A stretch of DNA of 64,000 nt from an uncultured Planctomycetia bacterium. Lineage in GTDB: Bacteria; Omnitrophota; Gorgyraeia; CAYWPX01. The stretch spans positions 49,826 through 113,825 of the forward strand of contig CAYWPX010000001.1 of NCBI GenBank assembly GCA_964460615.1, given 5' to 3'. Of the stretch, positions 28,999 to 39,469 are shown piece by piece. A model generated the notes under the pieces. The model ran no database searches. It was given only the letters and a program-made list of their open reading frames with translations, and had not been told where the DNA came from. Made by a program: the position numbers and the translations under genes. The number at the start of each line of letters is the position of its first letter. Position 1 is the first letter of the stretch.

Positions 28999-30481
28999 AA
29001 AAATTAAAAAGGTTCTACTTATTACTCCTCCGGCGTATACCTTCAAAGATATGCCGGATATTAATCCTTTGCCACCCATCGGCTTAGGGTATTTAGCGGC
29101 AATTTTGGAAAAAAAGGGAATAGAGGTCGAGATATTCGATTCTCTTATTGAGGGGATCGGTAAGGAAGAGCTTATTGAGGATAATATAATAAGGATCGGC
29201 TCGTCGTTTGGCGATATTGAAGCGAAGATAAGGTCGTTCTCTCCTGACATTGTGGGGGTGAGTAACCTTTTTTCAAGGCAGGCCAGAAATGCTCACGAGA
29301 TCTATAAGATTACTAAATCAATAGATCCTAAAATAATTGTAATTGCCGGAGGGGCGCACCCGACAGTAATGCCCGAGAGCGTAATTTTAGATCAGAATGT
29401 TGATTTCGTGATCTTAGGTGAAGGCGAAAGGACTTTGGAGGATCTGATAGGCCACCTCGAAGGGAAAATAGATTTAGGAAAGCTTAACGGTATCGCCTAC
29501 AGAACCGGTTCCAAGCCTACGATTGTGCCGAAGATTAATTTTATACTTGATATCGATAGCCTTCCTTTTCCGGCAAGGCATCTGATGAAACTGGATAAAT
29601 ACTTTGGCCTTAGCGAGTCTCACGGAAAGAGGCGATGCAAAAGATTTACTCCTATAGTTACCTCGAGAGGGTGCCCGGTTGGCTGTACCTTTTGTACGGC
29701 ACATCATGTTTGGGGCAGGAATTTCCGTAAACGGAGCCCGGAGAACGTCCTAGCGGAGATGAGGGAGTTAAAGGATAAATATAACATCGAAGAGCTGCTT
29801 TTTGAGGATGACAATGTAACATTGGATGTGAAACGTGCCGAGTCCATCTTTGATATGATGATCTCGGAAAAACTTAATTTTAAATGGGATACGCCGAATG
29901 GTGTTGCAGCCTTTGCTTTGGACGAGAGACTGATAAAAAAGATGCAGGATGCCGGCTGCTACCATCTTAATATCGCGGTGGAATCCGGAAGTCCCAGAGT
30001 TCTTAAAGAGGTCATCAAAAAGCCTCTGGATCTGGATAAAGTCGAAAGGCTTATCAAATTTACCAGAAAGATTAACCTGGAATCCTGTATATTTCTTATT
30101 ATTGGAATGCCCGGTGAGACGCTTAAAGATATGTGGGACAGTTATAAGTATGCCAAAAAAATAGGCGTTTACAAGCCGTTTGTCTCTGTGGCAACTCCGT
30201 ATCCCGGGTCGCTTCTTTATGATCTTTGTTTGGAAAAAAAATATATCAAAAAGGGATTTTCTTTGAATGATCTATATATAACAAGCTGCAGCATTCAAAC
30301 CCGGGAATGGAACAGCGAGGATGTTAGAAAGCTTTTCTCGAAGGGGTTCTTTTATCTGCAGATGGAGCATTATAAAAAGCACCCTATTGAATTTGCAAAA
30401 AAAGCAGCAGTAGCGATCCTGAAAAACCCTATAAGGACATTAAAGAAAGTAGGATTATTATGTCAAAATATGAAAAGTTAA
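28985..30481 (+). CDS. cobalamin-binding radical SAM protein, class B, paralog 4
   Basis: KVLLITPP...IGLGYLAAIL B12-domain, then GCPVGCTFC. 498 aa. Confidence 0.8.
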   Translation: MVQNKKIKKVLLITPPAYTFKDMPDINPLPPIGLGYLAAILEKKGIEVEIFDSLIEGIGKEELIEDNIIRIGSSFGDIEAKIRSFSPDIVGVSNLFSRQARNAHEIYKITKSIDPKIIVIAGGAHPTVMPESVILDQNVDFVILGEGERTLEDLIGHLEGKIDLGKLNGIAYRTGSKPTIVPKINFILDIDSLPFPARHLMKLDKYFGLSESHGKRRCKRFTPIVTSRGCPVGCTFCTAHHVWGRNFRKRSPENVLAEMRELKDKYNIEELLFEDDNVTLDVKRAESIFDMMISEKLNFKWDTPNGVAAFALDERLIKKMQDAGCYHLNIAVESGSPRVLKEVIKKPLDLDKVERLIKFTRKINLESCIFLIIGMPGETLKDMWDSYKYAKKIGVYKPFVSVATPYPGSLLYDLCLEKKYIKKGFSLNDLYITSCSIQTREWNSEDVRKLFSKGFFYLQMEHYKKHPIEFAKKAAVAILKNPIRTLKKVGLLCQNMKS

Positions 30482-31587
30482 TGCCTGTCTCAAGGCCATC
30501 GCTTGGGCAGGATGAGTTAGCTGAGGTAGGTAAAGTTTTTGAATCGCATTGGCTCGGGTTAGGCGCGTGGGTATTGAGATTTGAAAATAGGATCAAAAGC
30601 TTCCTTAGCGCAAAATCAGTTATAGCAGTAAATACCGGCACAAGCGCGCTTCATCTTGCGCTTGATGCCTTGAATTTAAAGGAGGGCGATGAGGTGATAG
30701 TGCCTTCGCTTACTTTTGCCGCAAGCATACAAGCGATTGCTGCTTGTAAAGCAAGCCCAAAATTTTGTGATATAGAAGAGGACACGCTCAACATCGACTC
30801 GGCCGAAATAAAAAAACTTATAACAGATAAGACAAAGGCGATCATGCCTGTGCACTATTGCGGGCTTCCTTGTGATATGGACGAGATCATTAAAATAGCA
30901 AAGGATAACGATCTAAGGGTTGTTGAGGACGCTGCTCATGCATTCGGGTCATATTATAAGAACAGATTGATAGGCTCGTTCGGGGATGTTACCTGTTTTA
31001 GCTTTGACCCTATAAAAAATATCACCTGCGGCGAGGGCGGATGCATAGTGACGGGCGATGAAGAGTTGACAAAAATAATCTATAAAAAAAGAATACTCGG
31101 CATAGACAAGGATACATGGTCACGATATGAGCATAAGAGGGACTGGTTCTATGAGGTAACCGACCTTGGCTTCAGGTACCATATGAGCAATATAAACGCC
31201 GCCATAGGGCTTGTCCAGATGGATAAACTGCCACAGTTCATAGCGAAGAAGAGAGAATTGGTAAAAAAATACGATGAAAACTTCAGAAACTTAAAGGAGA
31301 TCAAATTATTGGTAAGGGATGTGGATAATATAGCGCCTTTTAATTACATAATAAGGGTTCAGAAGAGAGATGAGCTGATGAATTTCCTAAAGGAGAACGG
31401 GATAGATAGCGGGGTGCATTATATTCCCAACCATATCCAGCCGTTTTTCAGCAAATTTGACACTACCGGGCTTAAGGTTACGGACATGGTATGGAAAGAG
31501 ATAATAACTTTACCTTTGTTTTTCGATATGCTTGATAGCGACCAGGACAGGGTAATAGAATGCATAAAGAGGTTCTATAAAAACTAA
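30460..31587 (+). CDS. DegT/DnrJ/EryC1-family aminotransferase (ArnB-like in context)
   Basis: 375 aa, with sugar aminotransferase motifs (GDEVIVPSLTFAASIQA, FSFDPIKNITCGEGG). Confidence 0.75.
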   Translation: MSKYEKLMPVSRPSLGQDELAEVGKVFESHWLGLGAWVLRFENRIKSFLSAKSVIAVNTGTSALHLALDALNLKEGDEVIVPSLTFAASIQAIAACKASPKFCDIEEDTLNIDSAEIKKLITDKTKAIMPVHYCGLPCDMDEIIKIAKDNDLRVVEDAAHAFGSYYKNRLIGSFGDVTCFSFDPIKNITCGEGGCIVTGDEELTKIIYKKRILGIDKDTWSRYEHKRDWFYEVTDLGFRYHMSNINAAIGLVQMDKLPQFIAKKRELVKKYDENFRNLKEIKLLVRDVDNIAPFNYIIRVQKRDELMNFLKENGIDSGVHYIPNHIQPFFSKFDTTGLKVTDMVWKEIITLPLFFDMLDSDQDRVIECIKRFYKN

Positions 31588-31588
31588 T

Positions 31589-32530
31589 ATGCCATTAGTC
31601 AGCGTCATTGTACCGTTATTTAACAGCGAGAGATACCTGCAGGAAACGATTGCCGGCGTATTGGCGCAGACTTTCAGGGATTTTGAGATCATACTGATGG
31701 ATGACGGGTCCAAAGACAGTACCGCTAAAATCGTCAGATCTTTCAATGACCCGAGGATCAGGTATTTTTATAAGGAGAATGAAGGGCTTTCTGAAACGCG
31801 TAATAAGGCCATACGCGAATCGAAAGGAGAGCTAATAGCATTTCTTGACCATGATGATGTTTGGCTTGAGGAAAAACTGGCTAAAGAGGTCGCCTTGTTG
31901 ACGGGTAATGATGCCTTGGGGCTCGTATATTCCGACGCTTATATATTATTTAACGATAAGACAAGCGGTGTTACTTATTTTAAACGCTCAAACCCTAAAA
32001 AAGGAATGATACTGAAGGACCTGCTTTTTGATTCCGTCAATTTTATTCCGCTTCCTACGGTGTTAATGAAAAGGAAGGTGTTTGATGAGGTTGGGGATTT
32101 TAATAAAGATTTCAAGATAGGCGAAGAGTATGAGCTTTTTTTAAGGGTTGCCGAGAAGTATGAATTTGACTATGTCGATGAGCCGCTGGCAAAATATAGG
32201 ATACATAATAACAGTTTTAGTAATAAAAAAGACCTCTTTGTTAAAGAACACTTTATGATACTCGATATCTGGAAGAATAAAAGGCCGGATCTCTTTATAA
32301 GCGACGAATCAAAAAACAGGGTCTTAAGAAAAGAAGCGGATCTTTATAATGAACTGGGGACTTTTTATGCGCTAAATCTGAACAAAGATAAAGCGCTCGA
32401 TAATCTTAAGCTCAGTCTAGAAAAAAAATTCAGGAAGAATACGGCGATAAAGAAGATTTTTGTTCAATACCTCGGCGTAAATATCTTCAAAATAATATTT
32501 AACCTTATCAGCGGGCCGAAACATGGATAA
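31589..32530 (+). CDS. family 2 glycosyltransferase
   Basis: VSVIVPLFNSERYL...IILMDDGSKD is the GT2 N-terminus including the DxD region. 313 aa. Confidence 0.75.
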   Translation: MPLVSVIVPLFNSERYLQETIAGVLAQTFRDFEIILMDDGSKDSTAKIVRSFNDPRIRYFYKENEGLSETRNKAIRESKGELIAFLDHDDVWLEEKLAKEVALLTGNDALGLVYSDAYILFNDKTSGVTYFKRSNPKKGMILKDLLFDSVNFIPLPTVLMKRKVFDEVGDFNKDFKIGEEYELFLRVAEKYEFDYVDEPLAKYRIHNNSFSNKKDLFVKEHFMILDIWKNKRPDLFISDESKNRVLRKEADLYNELGTFYALNLNKDKALDNLKLSLEKKFRKNTAIKKIFVQYLGVNIFKIIFNLISGPKHG

Positions 32531-34472
32531 TAAGTTGATCAAAGAAATTAATAGATACTTTCATGATGAGGAGTCTCGTTTTTTTGATGAGCGTCATGTG
32601 AATAGGATTGAAAGCGAAGCTCTATTTTATGAGGATTTTCTTAAAAATTCCATAAAAGTCCCCGGTCGAGCCGTTAAGGCTCTTGATATCGGTACGGGCA
32701 CCGGGCTTATACCGGGGGTATTCAGTAGAATGGGCGGAGATTATGAGCTTGTAACTTCCGATATATCACTTGAGATGCTAAAAAAGGCCAAGAATAAGTT
32801 CATCGATAAGAGCATTCGGTTTGTCAATTGTGATGCGGAGAATCTGCCTTTTAAGGATAAAGTTTTTAGTATCGTTACCTGCTCGGCAGCTATGCATCAT
32901 TTCCCGTCAATAGAAAAATTTGCCAAGGCCTCGTACAGTGTTTTAAAAGACGACGGGTTTTTGATAATCGGTTATGAACCTAACAGGTCGTTCTGGAGGT
33001 TTTTGCCGGCATCGATCTATTATAGGATGCTTGCTAAGTTTAAAAAGCCGGATCCCCATGATAGTATCGATTACGAAGCCGTTACTAAGAACGTGAATGA
33101 TCGCCTTATTAAAGATAAGATCATCGGAAGGCCCTTAAGCAGAAATGAGATGCTTAAATATGTTGATATACATTCGCCGAATTCGGGGGATAGGATAGAT
33201 TATTCTAAGGGTTTTGACATAAAGAGCCTCTTAAACGGGCCATTTAAGGATTTTGATGCCGAAGTTGTGCATCAATTTGATGACATCACTATAAAAAGCA
33301 AAGTTTTTAAGTTATTCTTCCCTAAGCTTACTCCGCAGTTCAGCCTTATACTTAAAAAGAAAAATATCAGAAAAAAAGTCCTATTTTTATTCGTTCATTT
33401 AAATTTCGGCGGAGCCGAGGTGGGCCTATTGACTACCTTAAAAAACATCGATACAAAAAGATTTGACTGCGAGGTTGTGTCTATAGAGAAGAAAGGCGCA
33501 ATAGGAGAGGAGATAGAAAAACTCGGGTTTAAGGTGACATACCTGGATGATGACGCGAGGCTATTCAATCTTTCTTTAATATTTAAGATCAAGGATATTT
33601 TAAAGAAAGTCAATCCTGACATTTTGCATACATCTTTATTTTATGCCAATTTTTTTGGCAGGGTTGCTGCGATCTTTCATAAGCCAAAAGCCGTTATTAC
33701 TGAAGAAAGAAGCATGTATACGGAAAAAAAGTTCTATCATGTACTTATTGATAGAGTCCTGGCCTTTTTTACCGATAAGATAATTGTATGTTCTGAGTCG
33801 GTTTTAAATTTTACCATAAAGCAGGAAAAGATTGGCCCGGGAAAGTTTTACCTTATTTATAATGCGGTAGATGCCGCAAGATTTGATATAAAAAAATCAA
33901 AAATCGATCTAAGAAAAGAGCTGGGGTTAAGCCAGGATGATCTTGTTCTCGGTTCCGTAGGGTCCGTTATTCCAAAGAAAAATCACAGATTTTTGATAGA
34001 GTCGTATGCAGCGATCAGCGATAAGCTCAAGAACTCAACTTTAATCTTTGTCGGCGAGGGGGAATCAAAGAAGGAATTAATGGAGCTAACTTATAAGCTT
34101 GGGATAAAGGATAAGGTAAGGTTTTTTGGCCAGCGAAATGACATACCTGAACTTATGAAAGCCATGGATGTATTTATATTGCCGTCTTTACAGGAGGGGT
34201 TTCCAAGGACGCTTATTGAAGCTATGTATACAGGAATTCCGTCTATTGCCACTAATATTAGCGGTATCCCCGAGATCCTTAAGGACGGTGAGAACGGTTT
34301 TTTGATCGAGCCGGGAGACACAGGGCTTCTTACAAAAAGAATTCTTGAGTTGTCGATGGATAGAAAGCTAAGAGAGAAAATCGGGGCTGAGGCAAAAAAG
34401 ACTATCGAATCGGGGTATCTGCCTGACGGATACGCAAAAAAACTTGAAGCACTTTACGGGGAGCTCGCCTAA
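32523..34472 (+). CDS. bifunctional protein: N-terminal class I SAM methyltransferase fused to C-terminal GT4 (GT-B) glycosyltransferase
   Basis: LDIGTGTGLIPG and CDAENLPFKDKVFSIV are methyltransferase motifs I and post-I. The C-terminal EGFPRTLIEAMYTGIPSIATNISGIPE is the GT4 E-x7-E region. 649 aa. Confidence 0.75.
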   Translation: MDNKLIKEINRYFHDEESRFFDERHVNRIESEALFYEDFLKNSIKVPGRAVKALDIGTGTGLIPGVFSRMGGDYELVTSDISLEMLKKAKNKFIDKSIRFVNCDAENLPFKDKVFSIVTCSAAMHHFPSIEKFAKASYSVLKDDGFLIIGYEPNRSFWRFLPASIYYRMLAKFKKPDPHDSIDYEAVTKNVNDRLIKDKIIGRPLSRNEMLKYVDIHSPNSGDRIDYSKGFDIKSLLNGPFKDFDAEVVHQFDDITIKSKVFKLFFPKLTPQFSLILKKKNIRKKVLFLFVHLNFGGAEVGLLTTLKNIDTKRFDCEVVSIEKKGAIGEEIEKLGFKVTYLDDDARLFNLSLIFKIKDILKKVNPDILHTSLFYANFFGRVAAIFHKPKAVITEERSMYTEKKFYHVLIDRVLAFFTDKIIVCSESVLNFTIKQEKIGPGKFYLIYNAVDAARFDIKKSKIDLRKELGLSQDDLVLGSVGSVIPKKNHRFLIESYAAISDKLKNSTLIFVGEGESKKELMELTYKLGIKDKVRFFGQRNDIPELMKAMDVFILPSLQEGFPRTLIEAMYTGIPSIATNISGIPEILKDGENGFLIEPGDTGLLTKRILELSMDRKLREKIGAEAKKTIESGYLPDGYAKKLEALYGELA

Positions 34473-34474
34473 TC

Positions 34475-35539
34475 ATGAAAAAAATCGTTACTATCGTCGG
34501 TGCCAGGCCGCAATTTGTGAAGATGGCGCTTATTTCAGAGGCTCTAAAAGAACTTAAGGTTAAGGAGATAATTGTTCACACCGGCCAGCATTATAATAAA
34601 AACCTATCGGACATTTTTTTTAAAGAGCTTAAAATACCAAGGCCGGATTATAACCTTAATGTTGGATCCGGGACCCATGCCGAGCAGGTAGCCAAGATGT
34701 TAACGGGAATAGAAAAAATACTTGTCAAAGAAAACCCTTCCATAGTACTGGTGTATGGCGATACAAATTCTACTTTGGCGGGAGCGCTGGCTGCGTCAAA
34801 ACTGGGCATTACTATTGCGCATGTGGAAGCGGGATTAAGAAGCCTGCGGAGCGATATGCCTGAAGAGATAAATAGAGTCGTAACGGATAGCATATCAAAC
34901 ATCTTCTTCTCTCCTACTAAGGAGGCCATCAGTAACCTTAAAAAGGAAGGAAAGTACGAAAACGTATTTTTGGTAGGTGATGTAATGTTTGATTCTATAA
35001 ATAGATTTGCAAAATACCTGAATTTTAAAGTATTTTACCTTGATAACTATATTCTTTGCACTATCCATCGCCAGGAAAATACCGACTCAAAGAAAAAGCT
35101 GAAGGAAATATTTAAGGGTCTCGGGATGATAAAAGAGGAGATAATCATGCCTATCCATCCAAGGACATTTAAATCGCTGGATAAGTTTAAGATCAGGGTC
35201 CCTGATAATGTAAAACTAATTGAGCCGGTAGGCTATTTTGATATGCTTAGATACGAAAAGAAGGCCGCAATGATCATTACTGATTCCGGAGGCGTACAGA
35301 AAGAGGCTATGATATTTGCCGTACCGTGTATAACCTTAAGAAATGAAACTGAATGGGTGGAGACGGTTAAATCAGGAATGAATATTTTAGCGGGTTCATC
35401 GGCAAAAAAAATAGTAATGGCTTTCAGAAAATTCAGGAAATTTTCACCCAAAAAGAACCTCGGTTTAAAATACTACGGGGACGGCACTAGCTACAAAAAA
35501 ATCGCAAAAATTCTTTATAACAAACTAAAGGCCTTATAA
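34475..35539 (+). CDS. UDP-N-acetylglucosamine 2-epimerase family (WecB/NeuC/WbpI-like)
   Basis: TIVGARPQFVKMA, VHTGQHY and GDTNSTLAGALAASKLGI..AHVEAGLRS, the canonical 2-epimerase motifs. 354 aa. Confidence 0.8.
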   Translation: MKKIVTIVGARPQFVKMALISEALKELKVKEIIVHTGQHYNKNLSDIFFKELKIPRPDYNLNVGSGTHAEQVAKMLTGIEKILVKENPSIVLVYGDTNSTLAGALAASKLGITIAHVEAGLRSLRSDMPEEINRVVTDSISNIFFSPTKEAISNLKKEGKYENVFLVGDVMFDSINRFAKYLNFKVFYLDNYILCTIHRQENTDSKKKLKEIFKGLGMIKEEIIMPIHPRTFKSLDKFKIRVPDNVKLIEPVGYFDMLRYEKKAAMIITDSGGVQKEAMIFAVPCITLRNETEWVETVKSGMNILAGSSAKKIVMAFRKFRKFSPKKNLGLKYYGDGTSYKKIAKILYNKLKAL

Positions 35540-35541
35540 AT

Positions 35542-36513
35542 ATGAAAACAGTCCTTATTACCGGTGTCGCGGGAATGATAGGTTCGCATCTGGCTGACGC
35601 ATTGATCGCCAAAGGGTATAGGGTTATCGGGGTTGATAATCTTAATGTAGGTAAAATTGACAATATTGCCCATACCTTGAAGAATAAGAATTTTAAATTT
35701 GTGAAAATGGATATACTTGATTTGTCTAAACTGAAAAAGGCGGCAAAGGAAGCTTCAATAATAGTCCATATGGCTGCTTCCAAAAAGATCGGTGAAAGCG
35801 GTAGTTCTTACGAAACTCTTATAGTTAACGGAGACGGCATAAAAAATGTTCTCGAGGCTGCCAAGGCGGTGAAAGCAAAAGTGGTATTTGCCTCAACGTC
35901 AGATGTATACGGCGTATCAGAAGACCTGCCATTTAAAGAAGACGGTAATCTTACTATAGGCCCCACCGGTGTAAAAAGATGGTCGTATGCCGTATCAAAG
36001 ATATACGGCGAACAGCTCTCCTTTGCTTATTACAAAGAGTTTAATGTCCCAGTAGTTATCTTAAGATATTTCGGAGGCTTTAGCTCCAGAGCCAGTTTCA
36101 CATGGTCTAGCGGGCACATCCCTTTATTCATAGATGCGGCCTTAAGCGGCAAAGATATCATTATTCACGGCGATGGCAAGCAGACGCGCTCTATGGCGTA
36201 TGTCGATGATCTTGTGAGGGGGACGATACTTGCTATGGAGAACCCTAAGGCTGTTGGAGAAATTTTTAACATAGGGAATGATAAAGAAAGAAGCATTCTG
36301 GACGATGCTAAGCTGATAATAAAACTCGCAAATAGGAAAAATATAAAAATAAGATTTGTTCCCCTTAAGAAGGTTTTTGGAAATTATAAAGAGATCAAAA
36401 GGCGTATTCCCGATCTTAGTAAGGCAAAAAGGATTTTAGGGTACATGCCTAAGATAACCTCTGCTGAAGGAATAAAAAGAACCATTGAAGAGCGACTGAG
36501 GAGAAGAGTGTAA
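35542..36513 (+). CDS. NAD-dependent epimerase/dehydratase (extended SDR)
   Basis: VLITGVAGMIGSHL and YAVSKIYGE (YxxxK). 323 aa. Confidence 0.7.
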   Translation: MKTVLITGVAGMIGSHLADALIAKGYRVIGVDNLNVGKIDNIAHTLKNKNFKFVKMDILDLSKLKKAAKEASIIVHMAASKKIGESGSSYETLIVNGDGIKNVLEAAKAVKAKVVFASTSDVYGVSEDLPFKEDGNLTIGPTGVKRWSYAVSKIYGEQLSFAYYKEFNVPVVILRYFGGFSSRASFTWSSGHIPLFIDAALSGKDIIIHGDGKQTRSMAYVDDLVRGTILAMENPKAVGEIFNIGNDKERSILDDAKLIIKLANRKNIKIRFVPLKKVFGNYKEIKRRIPDLSKAKRILGYMPKITSAEGIKRTIEERLRRRV

Positions 36514-37205
36514 TGGAGATCAAAGATTGCCATAAAAGGCTCAAGAGGTTTTACGGAGATGTGGCATTCTGCCAAAACCGGGATATTGTCGGTCTTGTTA
36601 CCGGTAAGAAGGTTCTTGATATCGGATGCGGATATGGAAGCCTTATTAGTCATATTAAAAATGAGAGGCCGGATCTGGATGTTGTGGGGATAGACCCGGA
36701 CCCCCAGTCACGCAAGATGGCAAAAGAGCTTTATGATATAGATGTGATAGATATGTCGGTTTATGACCTGAAATTCCCGGATAATTCCTTTACGACTGTT
36801 ATATTAAGGGATGCAGTACATCATTTTGAAACAAAAGATGAGCTAGTTAAGGCGCTAAAAGAGATCAGGAGAGTGTCCTCTAATGAGTTAATTATATTCG
36901 ACCCCAATCCTAACTGGATACTAAAAATATCAAGAAAATTTATAAATCACAAGGATCCCGAAGCTCCTTATGAATATGTAAGAGAAGAGCTTGAAAAGGC
37001 AGGGTTCAAGATCAAATCTACCAGTCTTAGGGATGTTATCGCATTTCCCTTAAGCGGCGGATTTGTCGGGATAGAGCTTATCCCAAATAATAAGGTCATA
37101 AAAAATTTTGTAATAGCGCTCGATAAGGCGCTTAATACGTTATTCAAGGTCTTGAAGCTTCAGAAATTCTTTTGCTGGCGTTACATTATCCATGCAGTTA
37201 AATAG
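36513..37205 (+). CDS. class I SAM-dependent methyltransferase
   Basis: VLDIGCGYGSL (motif I) and TVILRDAVHHF. 230 aa. Confidence 0.65.
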   Translation: MEIKDCHKRLKRFYGDVAFCQNRDIVGLVTGKKVLDIGCGYGSLISHIKNERPDLDVVGIDPDPQSRKMAKELYDIDVIDMSVYDLKFPDNSFTTVILRDAVHHFETKDELVKALKEIRRVSSNELIIFDPNPNWILKISRKFINHKDPEAPYEYVREELEKAGFKIKSTSLRDVIAFPLSGGFVGIELIPNNKVIKNFVIALDKALNTLFKVLKLQKFFCWRYIIHAVK

Positions 37206-37228
37206 ATCTTAAAGAATAGGAAAAAAAT

Positions 37229-38023
37229 ATGCTTTTTTTTATTATACCGGCTTATAATGAAGCCCTGAACCTGCCATATTTATTTGAATCTATAATGAAA
37301 AAATCCAAGGATCTCGGAGAGCCCTGTAAACTTATTGTTGTAAATGACGGAAGCACGGATAACACAAAAGAGATCCTGGGATCGCTTAAAAAGAAATATC
37401 CGATAGATGTGATAAACCATAGTACCAATATGAATGTTGGCCAGGTTTTCAGGAGCGGTTTTTCGTATGCGCTAAAAGAGGCCAAGGACTCGGACATAAT
37501 AATCACAAAGGAAGCGGATAATACCGGCGATCTTGGTATATTGGATAGGATGATTAGTGATATAAGGAGCGGGGCCGATATTGTGCTGGCTTCGTGCTAT
37601 GCAAAAGGAGGCAAGATCGTCGGCACAACTCCGGACAGGTTATTTTTAAGCTCGATAGCAAATTTTCTTCTTAAAGCCTTTTTTCCGATAGAAGGCATTA
37701 ATACCTACAGCTCATTTTATCGTGCGTACAGGCCGCTTGTTTTAAAAAGAGCGTTTTATGCATTTGAAGGAAAGCTTTTGGAAGAAAAGGGCTTTGCTTC
37801 AATGGTTGAGATGCTTATTAAACTTAGGGTGCTGCCGATAAAAATCTCCGAGATCCCAATGGTCTTAAGGTGCGACTTGAGAAAAGGCAACAGTAAAATG
37901 AATAAGACGGAAACCATTAAGGCCTATTTTAAGCTGATCGCCAGGTATTTTATCTCATCAAGAAAGTTTTCGGCTGATGCAAGAAAAAGGTTTGTCGATG
38001 TTTTATCATATAAGGGAATATAG
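37229..38023 (+). CDS. family 2 glycosyltransferase, polyprenol-phosphate sugar synthase type (DPM1/ArnC/GtrB-like)
   Basis: FFIIPAYNEALNL...LIVVNDGSTDNT. 264 aa. It sits upstream of a deformylase-like gene, a formyltransferase and an ArnT-like GT-C. Confidence 0.65.
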   Translation: MLFFIIPAYNEALNLPYLFESIMKKSKDLGEPCKLIVVNDGSTDNTKEILGSLKKKYPIDVINHSTNMNVGQVFRSGFSYALKEAKDSDIIITKEADNTGDLGILDRMISDIRSGADIVLASCYAKGGKIVGTTPDRLFLSSIANFLLKAFFPIEGINTYSSFYRAYRPLVLKRAFYAFEGKLLEEKGFASMVEMLIKLRVLPIKISEIPMVLRCDLRKGNSKMNKTETIKAYFKLIARYFISSRKFSADARKRFVDVLSYKGI

Positions 38024-38026
38024 TTA

Positions 38027-39469
38027 ATGAAGCCGTTGAAGATCTATATAGAAAGGCATGGCGGTTGCCGTGAAGATATAAGATACGTTTTTAGGACCAT
38101 AGCTTCAATAATAGGATTGCCTTATCATTTTGTGAAAATCCGTAATTCAGCCGATATTATCTATTCGCCGGATATGCGGCCTGATGATAGGTGTAAAGTT
38201 TTTATTAAAGCAGACCAAAGCAAAAACTTTGAAAGGCTCTCCGGATTATCTTTTATTGAATCCGGGGGGATGATCTTTCTCGAATCCGACAAGAATAAAG
38301 AGGGCATTGTCCTCTATAAAGACAGGACTCTAGTAATAGATAATGATATTATCCATGCCTCTTATATTTTTTTGACAGGCAAATACGAGTGTTTACTCGG
38401 CAAAGAAGCATCGGGATTCCTGAAAGTTAAGAATACTTTTTTGAGCAATCAGAATATTTCCCATAAACCCCTGATTAATTTATATGCGGAATTTTTAAAA
38501 AAGCACATCAATTCAGATTTTGAATTTGCGCCAATGTGGCCGGACAAAAAAAAGTACGCGGTCTGTCTTACCCACGATGTCGATTATCCGGAAATTATAA
38601 GGATTATAGAGGCCTTGAGATTTCCGATAAAATCACTCAAGGATTTTAAATCTATAATACATATACTTAAAGATCCTCAATTATTCTGGAGGTTCGAGGA
38701 TTGGATGGATTTTGAGAGCAAGAAGGGTTTTAAATCTTCTTTTTGTTTTTGCTGTGAGAAGGGCTCGCTTCCTGAATATATTTTCGGAAGGCCCGATCCT
38801 TTCTATGAAATTAAAAGCGATAAATTCAAAAAAGTAATAGATTCGATCATAAAAAACGGCTGCGATATCTTTCTTCATACAAGTTATAATGCTTATAAGT
38901 CCCTTGAAAAATTGTGTGAAGAAAAAAGAATTTTGGAATCAATAACCGGATCTAAGGTGCTGGGGAACAGGCATCATTATTTTCATTTAAATCCCAAAGA
39001 TCCTTTGGAGACGCTCTCTTTCCACGAGAAGGCAGGTTTTCTTTTTGATATGTCCATTTCTTTTGAGACCCTGACGGGCTTTAGAAGAGGCATTTCTACT
39101 CCGTTCTACCCTTACGATTATAACAGAAAAAAGGAAATTAAAACGCTCCAACTTCCTACGTCGCTTATGGATAGCCAGTTATACCAGTATTTGGATAATC
39201 ATAGATTTTGGGATAGGAATGAATGCATCCATTCATTACTGTACAATATCAAAAAGACAGGCGGTATCTTAGTTACTGATTATCATGAAAGAGCTTGCGA
39301 CCCTGTCATATTTAAGGATTGGTTCGATTCTTATATTAGGATCATCGAAGAGGTAAGGAGCGATAATTGTTATTTTACGGGTACGGCTTCAGAGATCTAT
39401 GCTTATTTTGATAAAAGGCAAAAAATGCTGGATGGGTATTCGATAGATGAAACTTCTGATCATAACTAA
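38027..39469 (+). CDS. hypothetical protein, possibly a divergent CE4/polysaccharide-deacetylase-like (ArnD-like deformylase) enzyme
   Basis: 480 aa. Only a CLTHDVDYPE segment resembles the NodB/CE4 D-x-D motif. The placement between the ArnC-like and formyltransferase genes is suggestive. Confidence 0.3.
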   Translation: MKPLKIYIERHGGCREDIRYVFRTIASIIGLPYHFVKIRNSADIIYSPDMRPDDRCKVFIKADQSKNFERLSGLSFIESGGMIFLESDKNKEGIVLYKDRTLVIDNDIIHASYIFLTGKYECLLGKEASGFLKVKNTFLSNQNISHKPLINLYAEFLKKHINSDFEFAPMWPDKKKYAVCLTHDVDYPEIIRIIEALRFPIKSLKDFKSIIHILKDPQLFWRFEDWMDFESKKGFKSSFCFCCEKGSLPEYIFGRPDPFYEIKSDKFKKVIDSIIKNGCDIFLHTSYNAYKSLEKLCEEKRILESITGSKVLGNRHHYFHLNPKDPLETLSFHEKAGFLFDMSISFETLTGFRRGISTPFYPYDYNRKKEIKTLQLPTSLMDSQLYQYLDNHRFWDRNECIHSLLYNIKKTGGILVTDYHERACDPVIFKDWFDSYIRIIEEVRSDNCYFTGTASEIYAYFDKRQKMLDGYSIDETSDHN